NCBI GenBank assembly: GCA_023701225.1
Contig: JAMPXM010000002.1
Location: forward strand, 1-44,836
Direction of reading: 5' to 3'
Length of the DNA: 44,836 bases
DNA from: Pseudobdellovibrionaceae bacterium
GTDB lineage: Bacteria > Bdellovibrionota > Bdellovibrionia > Bdellovibrionales > JAMPXM01
The notes beneath the pieces were generated by a model that was not told the origin of the DNA, searched no databases, and saw only the letters and a program-made list of their open reading frames with translations. Of the stretch, positions 33,518 to 42,398 are shown piece after piece. The position numbers were made by a program, and so were the translations under genes. Numbering within the stretch: position 1 is the first letter of the stretch; each line of letters starts with the position of its first letter.

Positions 33518-35302
33518 TTACCGAACTTTGAGATCAAAAGGAATGCGCGCGTACACGCCGGATCTCAGCGGAAGAGCCGAGACTGTCTCACGGAGTTGGC
33601 TCAGCGGAGTGCCCTGCAAAAGCGCGCGAGCCGTTTCACCAGAGAGAAGTTCCAAGAACCGTTTGAACGGATCTTCGTCCCGCGGATAGATATCCAATGA
33701 GTAATCGGCGATTCCGGCGAACTCGGCCGCCTTACGCACGGCCGCGTCGAGGCCACCGATTTCGTCGATCAACTTGAGTTCCTTGGCGCGCAATCCGGAC
33801 CAAACACGCCCCTCGGCAAAAGCGGATGCATCCACCGTTTCAGGAAGCTTGCGACCGTCACGCACGACTTGAACGAAGCGATGATAGACGCGCTCCACTT
33901 GGCCTTGAATCTTCTCGCGCTCGAACTCCGTCATCTCGCGATTGAACGAACCAATGTCCGCATAGGGATGTGAAACCACGCGATCGAAATTCACGCCCAT
34001 TTTGTTACGAAAAAAATCTTCCGTGTCGAACAGAATTCCGAAAACTCCGATGGAGCCCGTCAATGTCCCGGCCTCCGCGAAAATCTGCCGCGCGCCCGCC
34101 GCCATATAATAGCCACCACTGGCCGCGATGTCGCCCATCGACGCGACCACCGGAATCTCCTCGTTCGTGACCGAGATCTCGCGCCAAATCACATCCGCCG
34201 CGAGCGCGTCCCCACCGGGACTGTTGATGCGCACGACGATGGCTTTGACGTGCTCATCGGAGCGTGCTTCGTCCAGCGCCTCCACGAACGAACGCGAGCC
34301 GATCGAATTGCGGTCGCCGCTCCCCGAAACGATCTCTCCTTCGGCAAAGAGGATGGCGATCTTATCCTTAGCCGTCGAGCTTGCTCCGGATGTCGTTCCG
34401 GACTTCGCCTTCGTTTCACGTAGCAACTGCCCTGGAGTGACATAGCGCACGTCTTCTTCCGGTCCGACAGTTTTCTCGGCCAGAAGATCCAGGACTTCAT
34501 CTTCATACGCCAACTGGTGGATGAGCCCCTTGTCGAAGGCATCTCGAGCAGAGTTGACCTCCAACTCGGACGCGATCCGGTCCAGAGAGGTGTCGTCCAA
34601 TTTCCCAGGCTGGCGGAATGCCTCGCGGATCACGGTCCACAGGTCCATGACGAGCGTTTGATTTTGCTGACGGTTTTCCTCGCTCATTTTTTCCAGGATC
34701 AGGGGCTCGATCGCGGCTTTGAATTTTCCGACGCGAAAGATTCTAGGCTGCATCTCCAGCTTTTCGAAAAGACCCTTCAAAAACGGCGTGCTGACCGACA
34801 AGCCGTTCATCTCCAGATCGCCGTTGGGCTGCATGAACGTACGCTCCGCCGCCGTCGCGAGATAATAGGTGGCTTCGTCCAAAGTTTCCGCGTAAGCATA
34901 AACAAATTTACCTGATTTTGAAAAATCTTGGATCGCCCGCCGCAGCGTTTCGATTGACGCCCAACCTGTCTCCAGGCCATCGAGCTCCAAGTACAATCCT
35001 TGTATTCGCGAATCGGTTTTGGCGAGTTCCAACGCGCGCGTGAGCTCGTACAATCCGGTGCCGCGCTCATCCTCGGAAAACGGCGAGGTGGAAATGAAAT
35101 CGAAATCCAATGGGCGCGCCTTTTCCACCAACCGCCCGTGCAGGTCCAGGTGCAAGACGGACTTATCTTCGATCGGCCCGATTCCGCTTTGCGCAAGTTT
35201 AAAAAAAAGAGCCGCGATTGCCGGGATAATGACCAAGGCCGCGCAAACGCCGAGAACCATCCCGAGAGCCGAAGCCGCAACCTGTTTGATAAATGATTTC
35301 AT
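33518..35302 (-). CDS. sppA: signal peptide peptidase SppA, 67K type
   Basis: N-terminal TM and two S49 halves. Motifs: VVRINSPGGDALAADVIWREI and PVVASMGDIAASGGYYMAAGA. Confidence 0.9.
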   Translation of the reverse strand: MKSFIKQVAASALGMVLGVCAALVIIPAIAALFFKLAQSGIGPIEDKSVLHLDLHGRLVEKARPLDFDFISTSPFSEDERGTGLYELTRALELAKTDSRIQGLYLELDGLETGWASIETLRRAIQDFSKSGKFVYAYAETLDEATYYLATAAERTFMQPNGDLEMNGLSVSTPFLKGLFEKLEMQPRIFRVGKFKAAIEPLILEKMSEENRQQNQTLVMDLWTVIREAFRQPGKLDDTSLDRIASELEVNSARDAFDKGLIHQLAYEDEVLDLLAEKTVGPEEDVRYVTPGQLLRETKAKSGTTSGASSTAKDKIAILFAEGEIVSGSGDRNSIGSRSFVEALDEARSDEHVKAIVVRINSPGGDALAADVIWREISVTNEEIPVVASMGDIAASGGYYMAAGARQIFAEAGTLTGSIGVFGILFDTEDFFRNKMGVNFDRVVSHPYADIGSFNREMTEFEREKIQGQVERVYHRFVQVVRDGRKLPETVDASAFAEGRVWSGLRAKELKLIDEIGGLDAAVRKAAEFAGIADYSLDIYPRDEDPFKRFLELLSGETARALLQGTPLSQLRETVSALPLRSGVYARIPFDLKVR

Positions 35303-35388
35303 ATGCTGGCACGCCTAATGAACGAAAAGTGGTTTGCCTTTGAGCATAGAGTCGACATTCGGACCTTGGCTAGATAAATTAGGCTGAG

Positions 35389-36006
35389 ATGCTCATTCTG
35401 CCCCGCGTGCCAACCGTCATCCTCATCTCGACTCTCGTCGGCTCATTAACTGTCACGCTGACCGTCGCGCTCGCTTTCGTGGGCTGTGCACAGAAGACCC
35501 GCGAGAATTGGCCCGACGAAGTGCCTCTCGTCACAAAGTCAGTGGGACAGAATCTTTGCCGCGGTCCCGAACAAGACGGTCGACCCCATGGACTTTGGGA
35601 GTGTCTCGATGCCAATCAACGCGTCCAATCGCGCATCCACTATCAAAATGGCCTGCGCCATGGCTGGGCCGTCATATATTTCACGGAGGGCGGACTCGAT
35701 ACCGAGACGGAATGGAAAGACGGCTGGATGGATGGGGTATTTCGGAGTTATTTCCGCAACGGCCGCGTGAACTTCGTATCGACCTACTCGCAAGGAGTTC
35801 TGCACGGCACTCTCAATGAATGGAACGAGGACGGCAAACTCATCCATCACGCTCACTATCTGCGAGGAGCTCCGCACGGCATCACCAAGGAATGGTACCC
35901 GACCGGGCAATTGAAATCACAAACGACATTCATCGACGGCAAGGAAACTGGCCCGCGCCGACAATGGCACCAAGACGGCACGCCTCGCAAAAACAAAGAA
36001 GAGTAA
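35389..36006 (+). CDS. MORN-variant (YwqK-like) repeat lipoprotein
   Basis: Lipobox LAFVGCAQK. Repeated units: HGLWECLDAN..., YQNGLRHGWAVIYF, WKDGWMDGVFRSYFRNG, YSQGVLHGTLNEWNEDG, YLRGAPHGITKEWYPTG, FIDGKETG. Confidence 0.7.
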   Translation: MLILPRVPTVILISTLVGSLTVTLTVALAFVGCAQKTRENWPDEVPLVTKSVGQNLCRGPEQDGRPHGLWECLDANQRVQSRIHYQNGLRHGWAVIYFTEGGLDTETEWKDGWMDGVFRSYFRNGRVNFVSTYSQGVLHGTLNEWNEDGKLIHHAHYLRGAPHGITKEWYPTGQLKSQTTFIDGKETGPRRQWHQDGTPRKNKEE

Positions 36007-36285
36007 ACGAAGACCGGTCACGACGTCTTCCTTTGCCTTGTCGCATCCATGAATCCTGACGCAAATCGAATAAATGACTTTCGTCCGCGAGGGCGCACGC
36101 ATCGCAACAGACAGAAAAAGTCGATTTTTACTTGCCGTCGAATTTTCGCTTCGCCACACTCGCCGTCAACGATTCCCATTTTACACCATGAGGTTGCGAT
36201 GAACTTTTGGCTTCAGCAAACGACTCCGCATATTCAAATTCTCCCACGCGAAAACGATTCCCAGCGCCAGCTCTTCAAAACTGTC

Positions 36286-37395
36286 ATGCGTTGGGTCGGC
36301 ACTATGACGTTCGCATTTTTTCTCGCAAGTCCCTTGCACGCGACGGAGGGATCCGCTCCGGCTTCCTGGGTCGATAAAACACAACTCAAAGGCGACCTCC
36401 GCTTCCGCACGGACCGAGCCAAGGCTCAAGGCGCACCCGAGCAAATTCGCAACCGCATCCGGCTGCGCGCCGGTCTCACCGCGCAGGTCAATGAAAAAGT
36501 CGATGTCGCCTTTCGGCTGACGACGGCCGGCTCCACCGCTGATTCCGTGATCTCCGCCGACCAAACACTGGACGACGCCAACACAAAAAAACAAGCTTGG
36601 TTTGATCAAGCGTATTTGAACTGGTCCGTCACTGAAGGCTCCCGCCTGGTGGTTGGCAAGCTTCCCGTGCCTTACTGGTCCGCGGGCAATCACGATATGA
36701 TCTGGGACTCAGACCTCAATCTCGAGGGCAGCGCTTTCAAGTGGGCCCAAGAGTTCAATTCCGCTCGCATGTTTGCTCACCTGGGAGGCTATTGGTTCAA
36801 CGAGCGTGCAGCGACCTCTGCCGACCCCGGTCCGGATATTTTTCTGAGTGGTTCGCAGATCGGCGCGGCATTTATGACGGAACCGGTCGACGTGCAATTC
36901 GCAGTCGCCTATTACACGTTGGCCGGCTTGGCCGACTCGCCCAGCCAAGGACGTGGCCTGCGTGGCAACTCCGCAAGCCCCGCCAGCGCCACCTCGTACC
37001 GCTACGACATCATGCCGATTGTCCTCAGCACTGAAGTCTCCTTGAAAACACTGGCTGCGCCAATCGTGGTCTATACCGAAGGCGCGCAAAACACGGCTAT
37101 TTCCGACGATAACACAGCATGGATTCTCGGTTTGCTCATCGGCAAACTCAAGGATCCAGGCAGCTGGTCATTGAATTACAGCTATCGCGATTTGGAAAGC
37201 GATGCCTGGGTCGGGACCTTCAATGACTCCGACTTCGATGCCGGCACCAACGTTCGCTTTCACAAACTGGTCGCGGCGTACCAGATCGCCCCTGCCGTTG
37301 TGGGCAGCATCAGTGCCTTTACCGGAGATACGACCGCGCACACGCAGCCACGCAGCTTCGATCGTACTCAACTGGATTTTAAATTGGATTTCTAG
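36286..37395 (+). CDS. putative porin (outer-membrane beta-barrel)
   Basis: The ATG at 36286 gives the signal MRWVGTMTFAFFLASPLHA/TE. LKGDLRFRTDRAK...IRNRIRLRAGL...WFDQAYLNW...VGKLPVPYWS...DSDLNLEG matches my recollection of the putative-porin family. It ends ...QLDFKLDF (aromatic C-terminus). Confidence 0.65.
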   Translation: MRWVGTMTFAFFLASPLHATEGSAPASWVDKTQLKGDLRFRTDRAKAQGAPEQIRNRIRLRAGLTAQVNEKVDVAFRLTTAGSTADSVISADQTLDDANTKKQAWFDQAYLNWSVTEGSRLVVGKLPVPYWSAGNHDMIWDSDLNLEGSAFKWAQEFNSARMFAHLGGYWFNERAATSADPGPDIFLSGSQIGAAFMTEPVDVQFAVAYYTLAGLADSPSQGRGLRGNSASPASATSYRYDIMPIVLSTEVSLKTLAAPIVVYTEGAQNTAISDDNTAWILGLLIGKLKDPGSWSLNYSYRDLESDAWVGTFNDSDFDAGTNVRFHKLVAAYQIAPAVVGSISAFTGDTTAHTQPRSFDRTQLDFKLDF

Positions 37396-37421
37396 AGCGC
37401 GATGTCGTGGTCACGACCCCA

Positions 37422-37446
37422 TTCGGGCTCTCCTCGAGAGCCCGAA
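37422..37446. terminator. 11-bp-stem hairpin ttcgggctctc-ctc-gagagcccgaa between convergent genes
   Basis: Read directly, between the porin stop (37395) and the STAS gene stop (37455). No clear T-tract on either side. Confidence 0.4.
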
Positions 37447-37454
37447 TACGTCCA

Positions 37455-37970
37455 TCAACGGCGATACTTCAGAAAGCGGAAATACTTGGACTCGATCACG
37501 TCCATGACCATAGGGCCGCCACACTTCACACAAGTCACGTTCGCAGGTGGCGCGACCCGCTCCGCGCGATCCGCGGTGCCTTTTTCAAACTCCCGTCCCT
37601 GACGAAACAAGACTTTCTCGCTGCCATCGCAATTGTCGCAGTGGTAAGGCACATAGAAAGATTCGACAAAGGAACCCGGCGGAAGAAAGCCGTCTAAAAT
37701 ATTGATCTGGTCGACCATCGCCTTGGAACAATTCCGAAACGTGAATGAGCGGTCCCGCATCGACTTCATCCAATTCACCCAACTGCGGATGCCGATCGAG
37801 TTGATCAATGCCACTTCGCCGAGGTCAAAAATCAGATTCACAAGGGGCGGGACCTTCACGCTCTCGAAACGGACATTTTCATCCAAGAATCCGCTCAGAT
37901 GAAAAATCGCGCCGTCTTTCGTTGACGTGACCGAGATTTGCAATTTGTTTCGTTGCTCCGAGTTTGCCAT
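37455..37970 (-). CDS. STAS-domain protein with C-terminal CxxC...CxxC zinc-ribbon
   Basis: The ATG at 37970 gives MANSEQRNKLQISVTSTKDGAIFHLSGFLDE...LIFDLGEVALINSIGIRSW (STAS / anti-sigma-antagonist-like), then HCDNCDG...VTCVKCGG. The start shares 1 nt with the upstream stop (TGATG). Confidence 0.65.
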   Translation of the reverse strand: MANSEQRNKLQISVTSTKDGAIFHLSGFLDENVRFESVKVPPLVNLIFDLGEVALINSIGIRSWVNWMKSMRDRSFTFRNCSKAMVDQINILDGFLPPGSFVESFYVPYHCDNCDGSEKVLFRQGREFEKGTADRAERVAPPANVTCVKCGGPMVMDVIESKYFRFLKYRR

Positions 37971-38950
37971 CAGACTGTTACAACCATTCCTTCTTGGGCG
38001 AATGACCATTCCACCACGGGCGCCGGTCGACCGGCCGCTCGGGCGCTTTCCTGGTACGCTTGGAAATATTCTCGCGTTTGGCGCTCCGCATCCGCAATCT
38101 TGTCGTCACTTGCGGCTGGATCGTGATGCATAAACAGGACTCGTTTTATACCTTCCCGCATGGCCAGATCCAATCCTATCGGCGCCGCCGCATGTCCCCA
38201 ATTGATTTTCTCGGTCACTTCGAGAAGCGTGTATTGCGCGTCGAAAACCATTAGATCCACGCCTTGATACAAAGGCAGATCCGGCCCCAGTTCCGCCGGC
38301 TGCAAGCGCTTGGCCTCGGTGTCAACGCAATATGAAAAGACCGTCCCGGCACTCTCAAATTTGTAACCCCAGCAAGGGTCCGGATGGTCGAGCTGATAGG
38401 GCGTATACCTGAGATCGCCATGCTGCACGGCCTGGCGCGGCTCCAAACGATGAAAATGAATCTTCGCGCCCAATTGCTCGAACGGCACAGGGAAGTACGG
38501 CTTCGTGAACATCATCCGAACGACATCTTCGAGTTCCGGCTGGACGGCATATAAATGAATTTGGTTCCCAGGAACGAAAATCGGAATAAAAAATGGCAAG
38601 CCGATCAAGTGATCCCAGTGAAAGTGCGTAAACAAGATATGCGCTTCCCCACGTCCGAGCCCACACGCGCCCCCCATCATTTTCTCACCGATTCGGCGCA
38701 GTCCGCTGCCGGCATCGATGATCAGCGAGGTCGTGTCAGAGAAAACTTCGATGCACGCCGTATTACCGCCGAACCCGCCACGTTTCTGTAAAGGCAGGGA
38801 AGCCAAAAAAGCATCGATCTGAGCGGGGCTGGTATGGCCTCGTTTGAAAAATTCTTGCAGCACGCTACGTAAACGCGCATCCAATTGTTCCGGAGAGTGC
38901 GGCGAAGGCAGACTTCCGCGGACACCCCAAAGTTTCACACGCATTGCCAT
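37970..38950 (-). CDS. MBL-fold metallo-hydrolase
   Basis: ILFTHFHWDHLIGLPFF (HxHxDH motif), then later conserved His/Asp (VFDAQY, WGHAA, LFMHHDP). Confidence 0.8.
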   Translation of the reverse strand: MAMRVKLWGVRGSLPSPHSPEQLDARLRSVLQEFFKRGHTSPAQIDAFLASLPLQKRGGFGGNTACIEVFSDTTSLIIDAGSGLRRIGEKMMGGACGLGRGEAHILFTHFHWDHLIGLPFFIPIFVPGNQIHLYAVQPELEDVVRMMFTKPYFPVPFEQLGAKIHFHRLEPRQAVQHGDLRYTPYQLDHPDPCWGYKFESAGTVFSYCVDTEAKRLQPAELGPDLPLYQGVDLMVFDAQYTLLEVTEKINWGHAAAPIGLDLAMREGIKRVLFMHHDPAASDDKIADAERQTREYFQAYQESARAAGRPAPVVEWSFAQEGMVVTV

Positions 38951-39062
38951 ACCCGATCAGGGTAACACCGCAATCTTCACACGTGCAAAATTATTACAAA
39001 ATCAGCCTCGGAACGCCGAACGCAAATGCCACGACCTAAGTCGAATCGAGTCCTCGCAAAGT

Positions 39063-39659
39063 TCAGTCGCCGACCGCGCCGCCATCGATCGCTTTGTACT
39101 CGATCTTTTCAATTTCGAGTTCTTCTTCGCCCTTGGGAGTTTTCAATAAAACTACGTCACCAACCTTCGCCTGCAAGAGAGACTTGCCGATCGGCGATAT
39201 CCAACTCACACGGCCTCGCTTGGCGTCCGTTTCATCGATTCCAACGATTTGATAAACCCGCATCTCGTCGTTTTCGTTCCGCACCGTCACCGTCGCGCCA
39301 AACAAAATACGATCAGACGACTGCGCGGCCGGATCCACCACTTGTGCCGAGTCCAGACGACGCGAAAGAAAGCGCACACGCCGGTCGATCTCTCGAAGCC
39401 GACGCTTGCCGTAAATGTAATCGGCATTTTCAGAACGGTCACCGTTGCTCGCCGCCCACGCGACCGTCTCCACGACTTTCGGCCGTTCGACGTGGAGCAA
39501 TTCGTGCAGTTCCGCGCGCAGCTTCTCGGCGCCCTGAGGAGTCATATAATTGCGTGAGCCCCGCGGGACCGACGCCCCCTCATCCGCCGCGTCTTGATCG
39601 CCGCCATCCTCGAACGCGTCGTCAGCGGAATCATCATCTTTCACAAAGGCTTTGCTCAT
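39063..39659 (-). CDS. greB: transcription elongation (cleavage) factor GreB-like, with acidic N-terminal extension
   Basis: NYMTPQGAEKLRAELHELLHVERPKVVETVAWAASNGDRSENADYIYGKRRLREIDRRVRFLSRRLDSAQVVDP, then the C-terminal FGATVTV...VYQIVGIDETD...ISWISPIGKSLLQAKVGD. The ATG at 39659 was chosen over the ORF start at 39743. Confidence 0.85.
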   Translation of the reverse strand: MSKAFVKDDDSADDAFEDGGDQDAADEGASVPRGSRNYMTPQGAEKLRAELHELLHVERPKVVETVAWAASNGDRSENADYIYGKRRLREIDRRVRFLSRRLDSAQVVDPAAQSSDRILFGATVTVRNENDEMRVYQIVGIDETDAKRGRVSWISPIGKSLLQAKVGDVVLLKTPKGEEELEIEKIEYKAIDGGAVGD

Positions 39660-39670
39660 GTGTCCCTCGT

Positions 39671-39706
39671 TCTCACACTTTCTCTCACACTTTCTCTCAC
39701 ACTCTC
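39671..39706. repeat. 12-bp tandem repeat tctcacactttc x3 (third copy tctcacactctc)
   Basis: Read directly, 12-47 nt upstream of the greB ATG on the minus strand and within the divergent intergenic region. Confidence 0.95.
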
Positions 39707-39750
39707 TCCGTAACACAACTAAGACGTGTTTTGAATTTGGCACAGTGCTT

Positions 39751-40620
39751 ATGAAGGTGGGAAAATCCGCCCCACACGGAAGCTTCTGCCGAAAACCAGG
39801 ACTTTCGTGTATGCTCTTCGTTATGATCGACTGGATCCGTCGAGCGCTCCCGCCGTCGGGCGGAATTTTCTATCACTACCTGGCGATGCGTTTCTCGCGC
39901 ACGCTTTGGCGCGACTTCCGTGCCGAGGTCGACCACTGGCTGACCAACTGGCTGTCCAACTCGCTGACGACATGGTCGCCGCACGCACATGAATTGATCA
40001 TTTTCGGCAGCAGCGCCGGCTATTCGCTCTCCACAACGTTTCTTGAAAAATTCAATCGCGTGATCGTCGTGGAACCGGACCCCCTTGCGCGCCTACTCTT
40101 GCGCCGCCGCTTTCCACAGGTGTGGTGGGAATTCACTGCGGATCGCAACCTGCTCGCGCCCATTCCAGAAAATGCTCCAGGCTCCGCATCTAAGCGGGCC
40201 CTCGATCAACTCCACACCTTCCTTAAGCGCTATCCCGATGCAGCCGTTTTGTTCAGCAATGTGCTCGGACAACTGCCGCTCGAGTTTCCGCACCTGAGCG
40301 ATGAGCTCTTCGCTTCGCACCTGATCGCGATTCGCGCGGCGGTCAAGGATCGTGCCTGGGCGAGCTACCACGACCTGCTTTCGACTTGGGCAAAACCGAA
40401 AAGTATGGCCCCGTTCGAATTGCCCAGTGGTCCATTGGATTTAGAGGCCTTTATCCGCGCACGGCTAGAACCACCGCCCGGAGGCGCCTCACCGCTCGAA
40501 GTGACCGACCATCAGACACACGCGTTGTCGATCGGCGAACCGACGGCATGCACGTGGTGGGAAATTGCGCCGGGACGCTATCACCTGATCGGATTTCTCT
40601 GTTCGCCAGGGCCATCCTGA
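39751..40620 (+). CDS. hypothetical protein (possible Rossmann-like core)
   Basis: ORF 39652..40620, with ATG candidates at 39751 and 39814. LIIFGSSAGYSL...VIVVEPDPLARLLLRRRF hints at a nucleotide-binding fold. The 3-prime end overlaps convergent folC by 40 nt. Confidence 0.5.
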   Translation: MKVGKSAPHGSFCRKPGLSCMLFVMIDWIRRALPPSGGIFYHYLAMRFSRTLWRDFRAEVDHWLTNWLSNSLTTWSPHAHELIIFGSSAGYSLSTTFLEKFNRVIVVEPDPLARLLLRRRFPQVWWEFTADRNLLAPIPENAPGSASKRALDQLHTFLKRYPDAAVLFSNVLGQLPLEFPHLSDELFASHLIAIRAAVKDRAWASYHDLLSTWAKPKSMAPFELPSGPLDLEAFIRARLEPPPGGASPLEVTDHQTHALSIGEPTACTWWEIAPGRYHLIGFLCSPGPS

Positions 40621-41903
40621 TCCTGCATCCGCAGAAGCGCGGATCGCAAGTGGCCGACCAAATAAAGCGAGCCACTGACGACAATGCGATCGCCGGCTCG
40701 GGCGCGCCGGATCACCCTTTGCAACAACGCATCCGGCTGGTCATCAACATCACGCGCTCGCGCAAGCCAATCTCCATATTGCTCCAAAGGCGCACCTCGA
40801 AACGGAACGCGCGTCAGATTCAGTTCGCTTCGTTCGACGGATGCGAAGAGCCCGAGCATATCCTCGCGTTGCTTGCGCACGCCCACTGCGACAATCCAAT
40901 GCAGAGTCTCACGATGATAGTGCGGCAAAAGCGCCAAGAGACTCTCCACGCCTTGTATGTTGTGATCACCCGAGAGGTGAATCGGACACGCGGCCTCCGG
41001 CACACGGAAGGTTTCCATACGGCCCGGCCATTCGATTCGCGCTAGAGAAGAAACATGATCTTGTGGCACGAAACCCAGAGCCCCGAATGCGGTCACAGCC
41101 ATCGCGAGATTCTCCGCCGCGCGCGGGCCCGGAAGGTCCGTCTCAACTTCACCCCACGGCGTCCGCAAACGAAATCGCGGATCCGCTCCGCTCAAGTCCC
41201 AGTAATAAGAAAACGGGCGCGACTCGATCCAGCGTCCACCGGTCGCCGCTTGAACACGTGCGACTTCCCGCAAGGCCTCTTGCGGAAACGGCGCATGGAT
41301 GACCAAAGAACCCGGTCGAATCACCGCCAGTTTGTGGCTCGCAATCGATTCGAGATCGCCACCGAGAAGTTCCACATGATCCAAGCCCATCGGCGTTATC
41401 ACCGATGTGCAATGTTCAAACGCATTGGTCGGATCCCAACGTCCGCCGACGCCGACCTCCAGCACCGCCCACTCCACTCGCGGCCGCACACGCCCCGAAA
41501 AGAAAACTTCGGCCGCCATCAACGTGAGCGTTTCAAAATGTGAGAGTCGATGTTTTCGCACCAGCGCCTCGACGCACTCAAAGGCGGTGATGAATTCGTC
41601 GTCACGGATATCGCGCCCATCGCAACGGATCCGTTCCGTTGCGCGGATCAGATGCGGTGATGTGAACAAACCGACACTTTGCCCGGCGGAACGAAGCATC
41701 ACTTCGAGCGACTTCGCGACACTCCCTTTGCCGTTAGTCCCCGCCACCAGCACGACACGCTCAGGCAAGTAGGAAAATGCAGCTTCCTGAAACGCGGCCG
41801 AGAAGCGTTGAAAACTGTCCTCGCGCGAGGGCTGATCGCGCTCGGCGGCGATCCGGGCATGAATGATGTCAAAGAGGCTCGACGAGTTCACTTGAGGTTT
41901 CAT
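40581..41903 (-). CDS. folC: bifunctional folylpolyglutamate synthase / dihydrofolate synthase
   Basis: Mur-ligase P-loop VVLVAGTNGKGSVAKSLEVML, FTSPHLIRATERIRCDG, and downstream Mur ligase middle and C-terminal patterns. Confidence 0.88.
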   Translation of the reverse strand: MKPQVNSSSLFDIIHARIAAERDQPSREDSFQRFSAAFQEAAFSYLPERVVLVAGTNGKGSVAKSLEVMLRSAGQSVGLFTSPHLIRATERIRCDGRDIRDDEFITAFECVEALVRKHRLSHFETLTLMAAEVFFSGRVRPRVEWAVLEVGVGGRWDPTNAFEHCTSVITPMGLDHVELLGGDLESIASHKLAVIRPGSLVIHAPFPQEALREVARVQAATGGRWIESRPFSYYWDLSGADPRFRLRTPWGEVETDLPGPRAAENLAMAVTAFGALGFVPQDHVSSLARIEWPGRMETFRVPEAACPIHLSGDHNIQGVESLLALLPHYHRETLHWIVAVGVRKQREDMLGLFASVERSELNLTRVPFRGAPLEQYGDWLARARDVDDQPDALLQRVIRRARAGDRIVVSGSLYLVGHLRSALLRMQDQDGPGEQRNPIR

Positions 41904-42015
41904 GTGTGCCCGACCATAGCAGAGCTTCGGACGGCGCGAAAACTCAGGGATTGCTTATCTTTAAATATTTAATATACCTAGTCTTTTTTGATTGTTATCT
42001 TGTATGACAATATTA

Positions 42016-42030
42016 CCTTGCATAGCAAGG
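42016..42030. promoter_or_regulatory. perfect palindrome ccttgc-ata-gcaagg upstream of padR-like gene
   Basis: Read directly. It lies 24 nt upstream of the ATG at 42054, in an AT-rich divergent region shared with folC. Confidence 0.35.
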
Positions 42031-42053
42031 CATTGTTCTTTAGTTTACAGCTC

Positions 42054-42398
42054 ATGGACGTCGGTAAATGGAAACTTCAACTCCGCAAAGGTCTGCTCGA
42101 GTATGCTCTCTTGCATCTCATCCGCCGCCGAAGGCGTGTCTATGGTCTGGAAATGATCGAGGCGCTCACCGACGCGGGCCTTGAAATGACCGAAGGCACG
42201 CTCTATCCGCTCCTCAGCCGGCTGTACAAAGAAAAACTCCTGACCGCTGAATGGGACACGAAGAGCGTGTCCGGCCATCCACGCAAGTACTACCTCCTCT
42301 CCGCTCACGGCAGCCGAGTGCTGGATGCGATGGACGCGGAATGGAGCACGATCGCAAATACGATGCGCGACTTTCAATCACAAGGAGATAAATCATGA
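42054..42398 (+). CDS. PadR-family transcriptional regulator
   Basis: LRKGLLEYALLHLIRRRRRVYGLEMIEAL...TEGTLYPLLSRLYKEKLLTAEW...RKYYLLSAHG. Confidence 0.88.
   Translation: MDVGKWKLQLRKGLLEYALLHLIRRRRRVYGLEMIEALTDAGLEMTEGTLYPLLSRLYKEKLLTAEWDTKSVSGHPRKYYLLSAHGSRVLDAMDAEWSTIANTMRDFQSQGDKS

Noticed and set aside
39660-39743. N-terminal extension of the greB ORF (MPNSKHVLVVLRRECERKCERKCENEGH)
   Set aside because: The extension merely translates the 12-bp tandem repeat. The conserved Gre sequence and a plausible acidic leader begin at the internal ATG at 39659.
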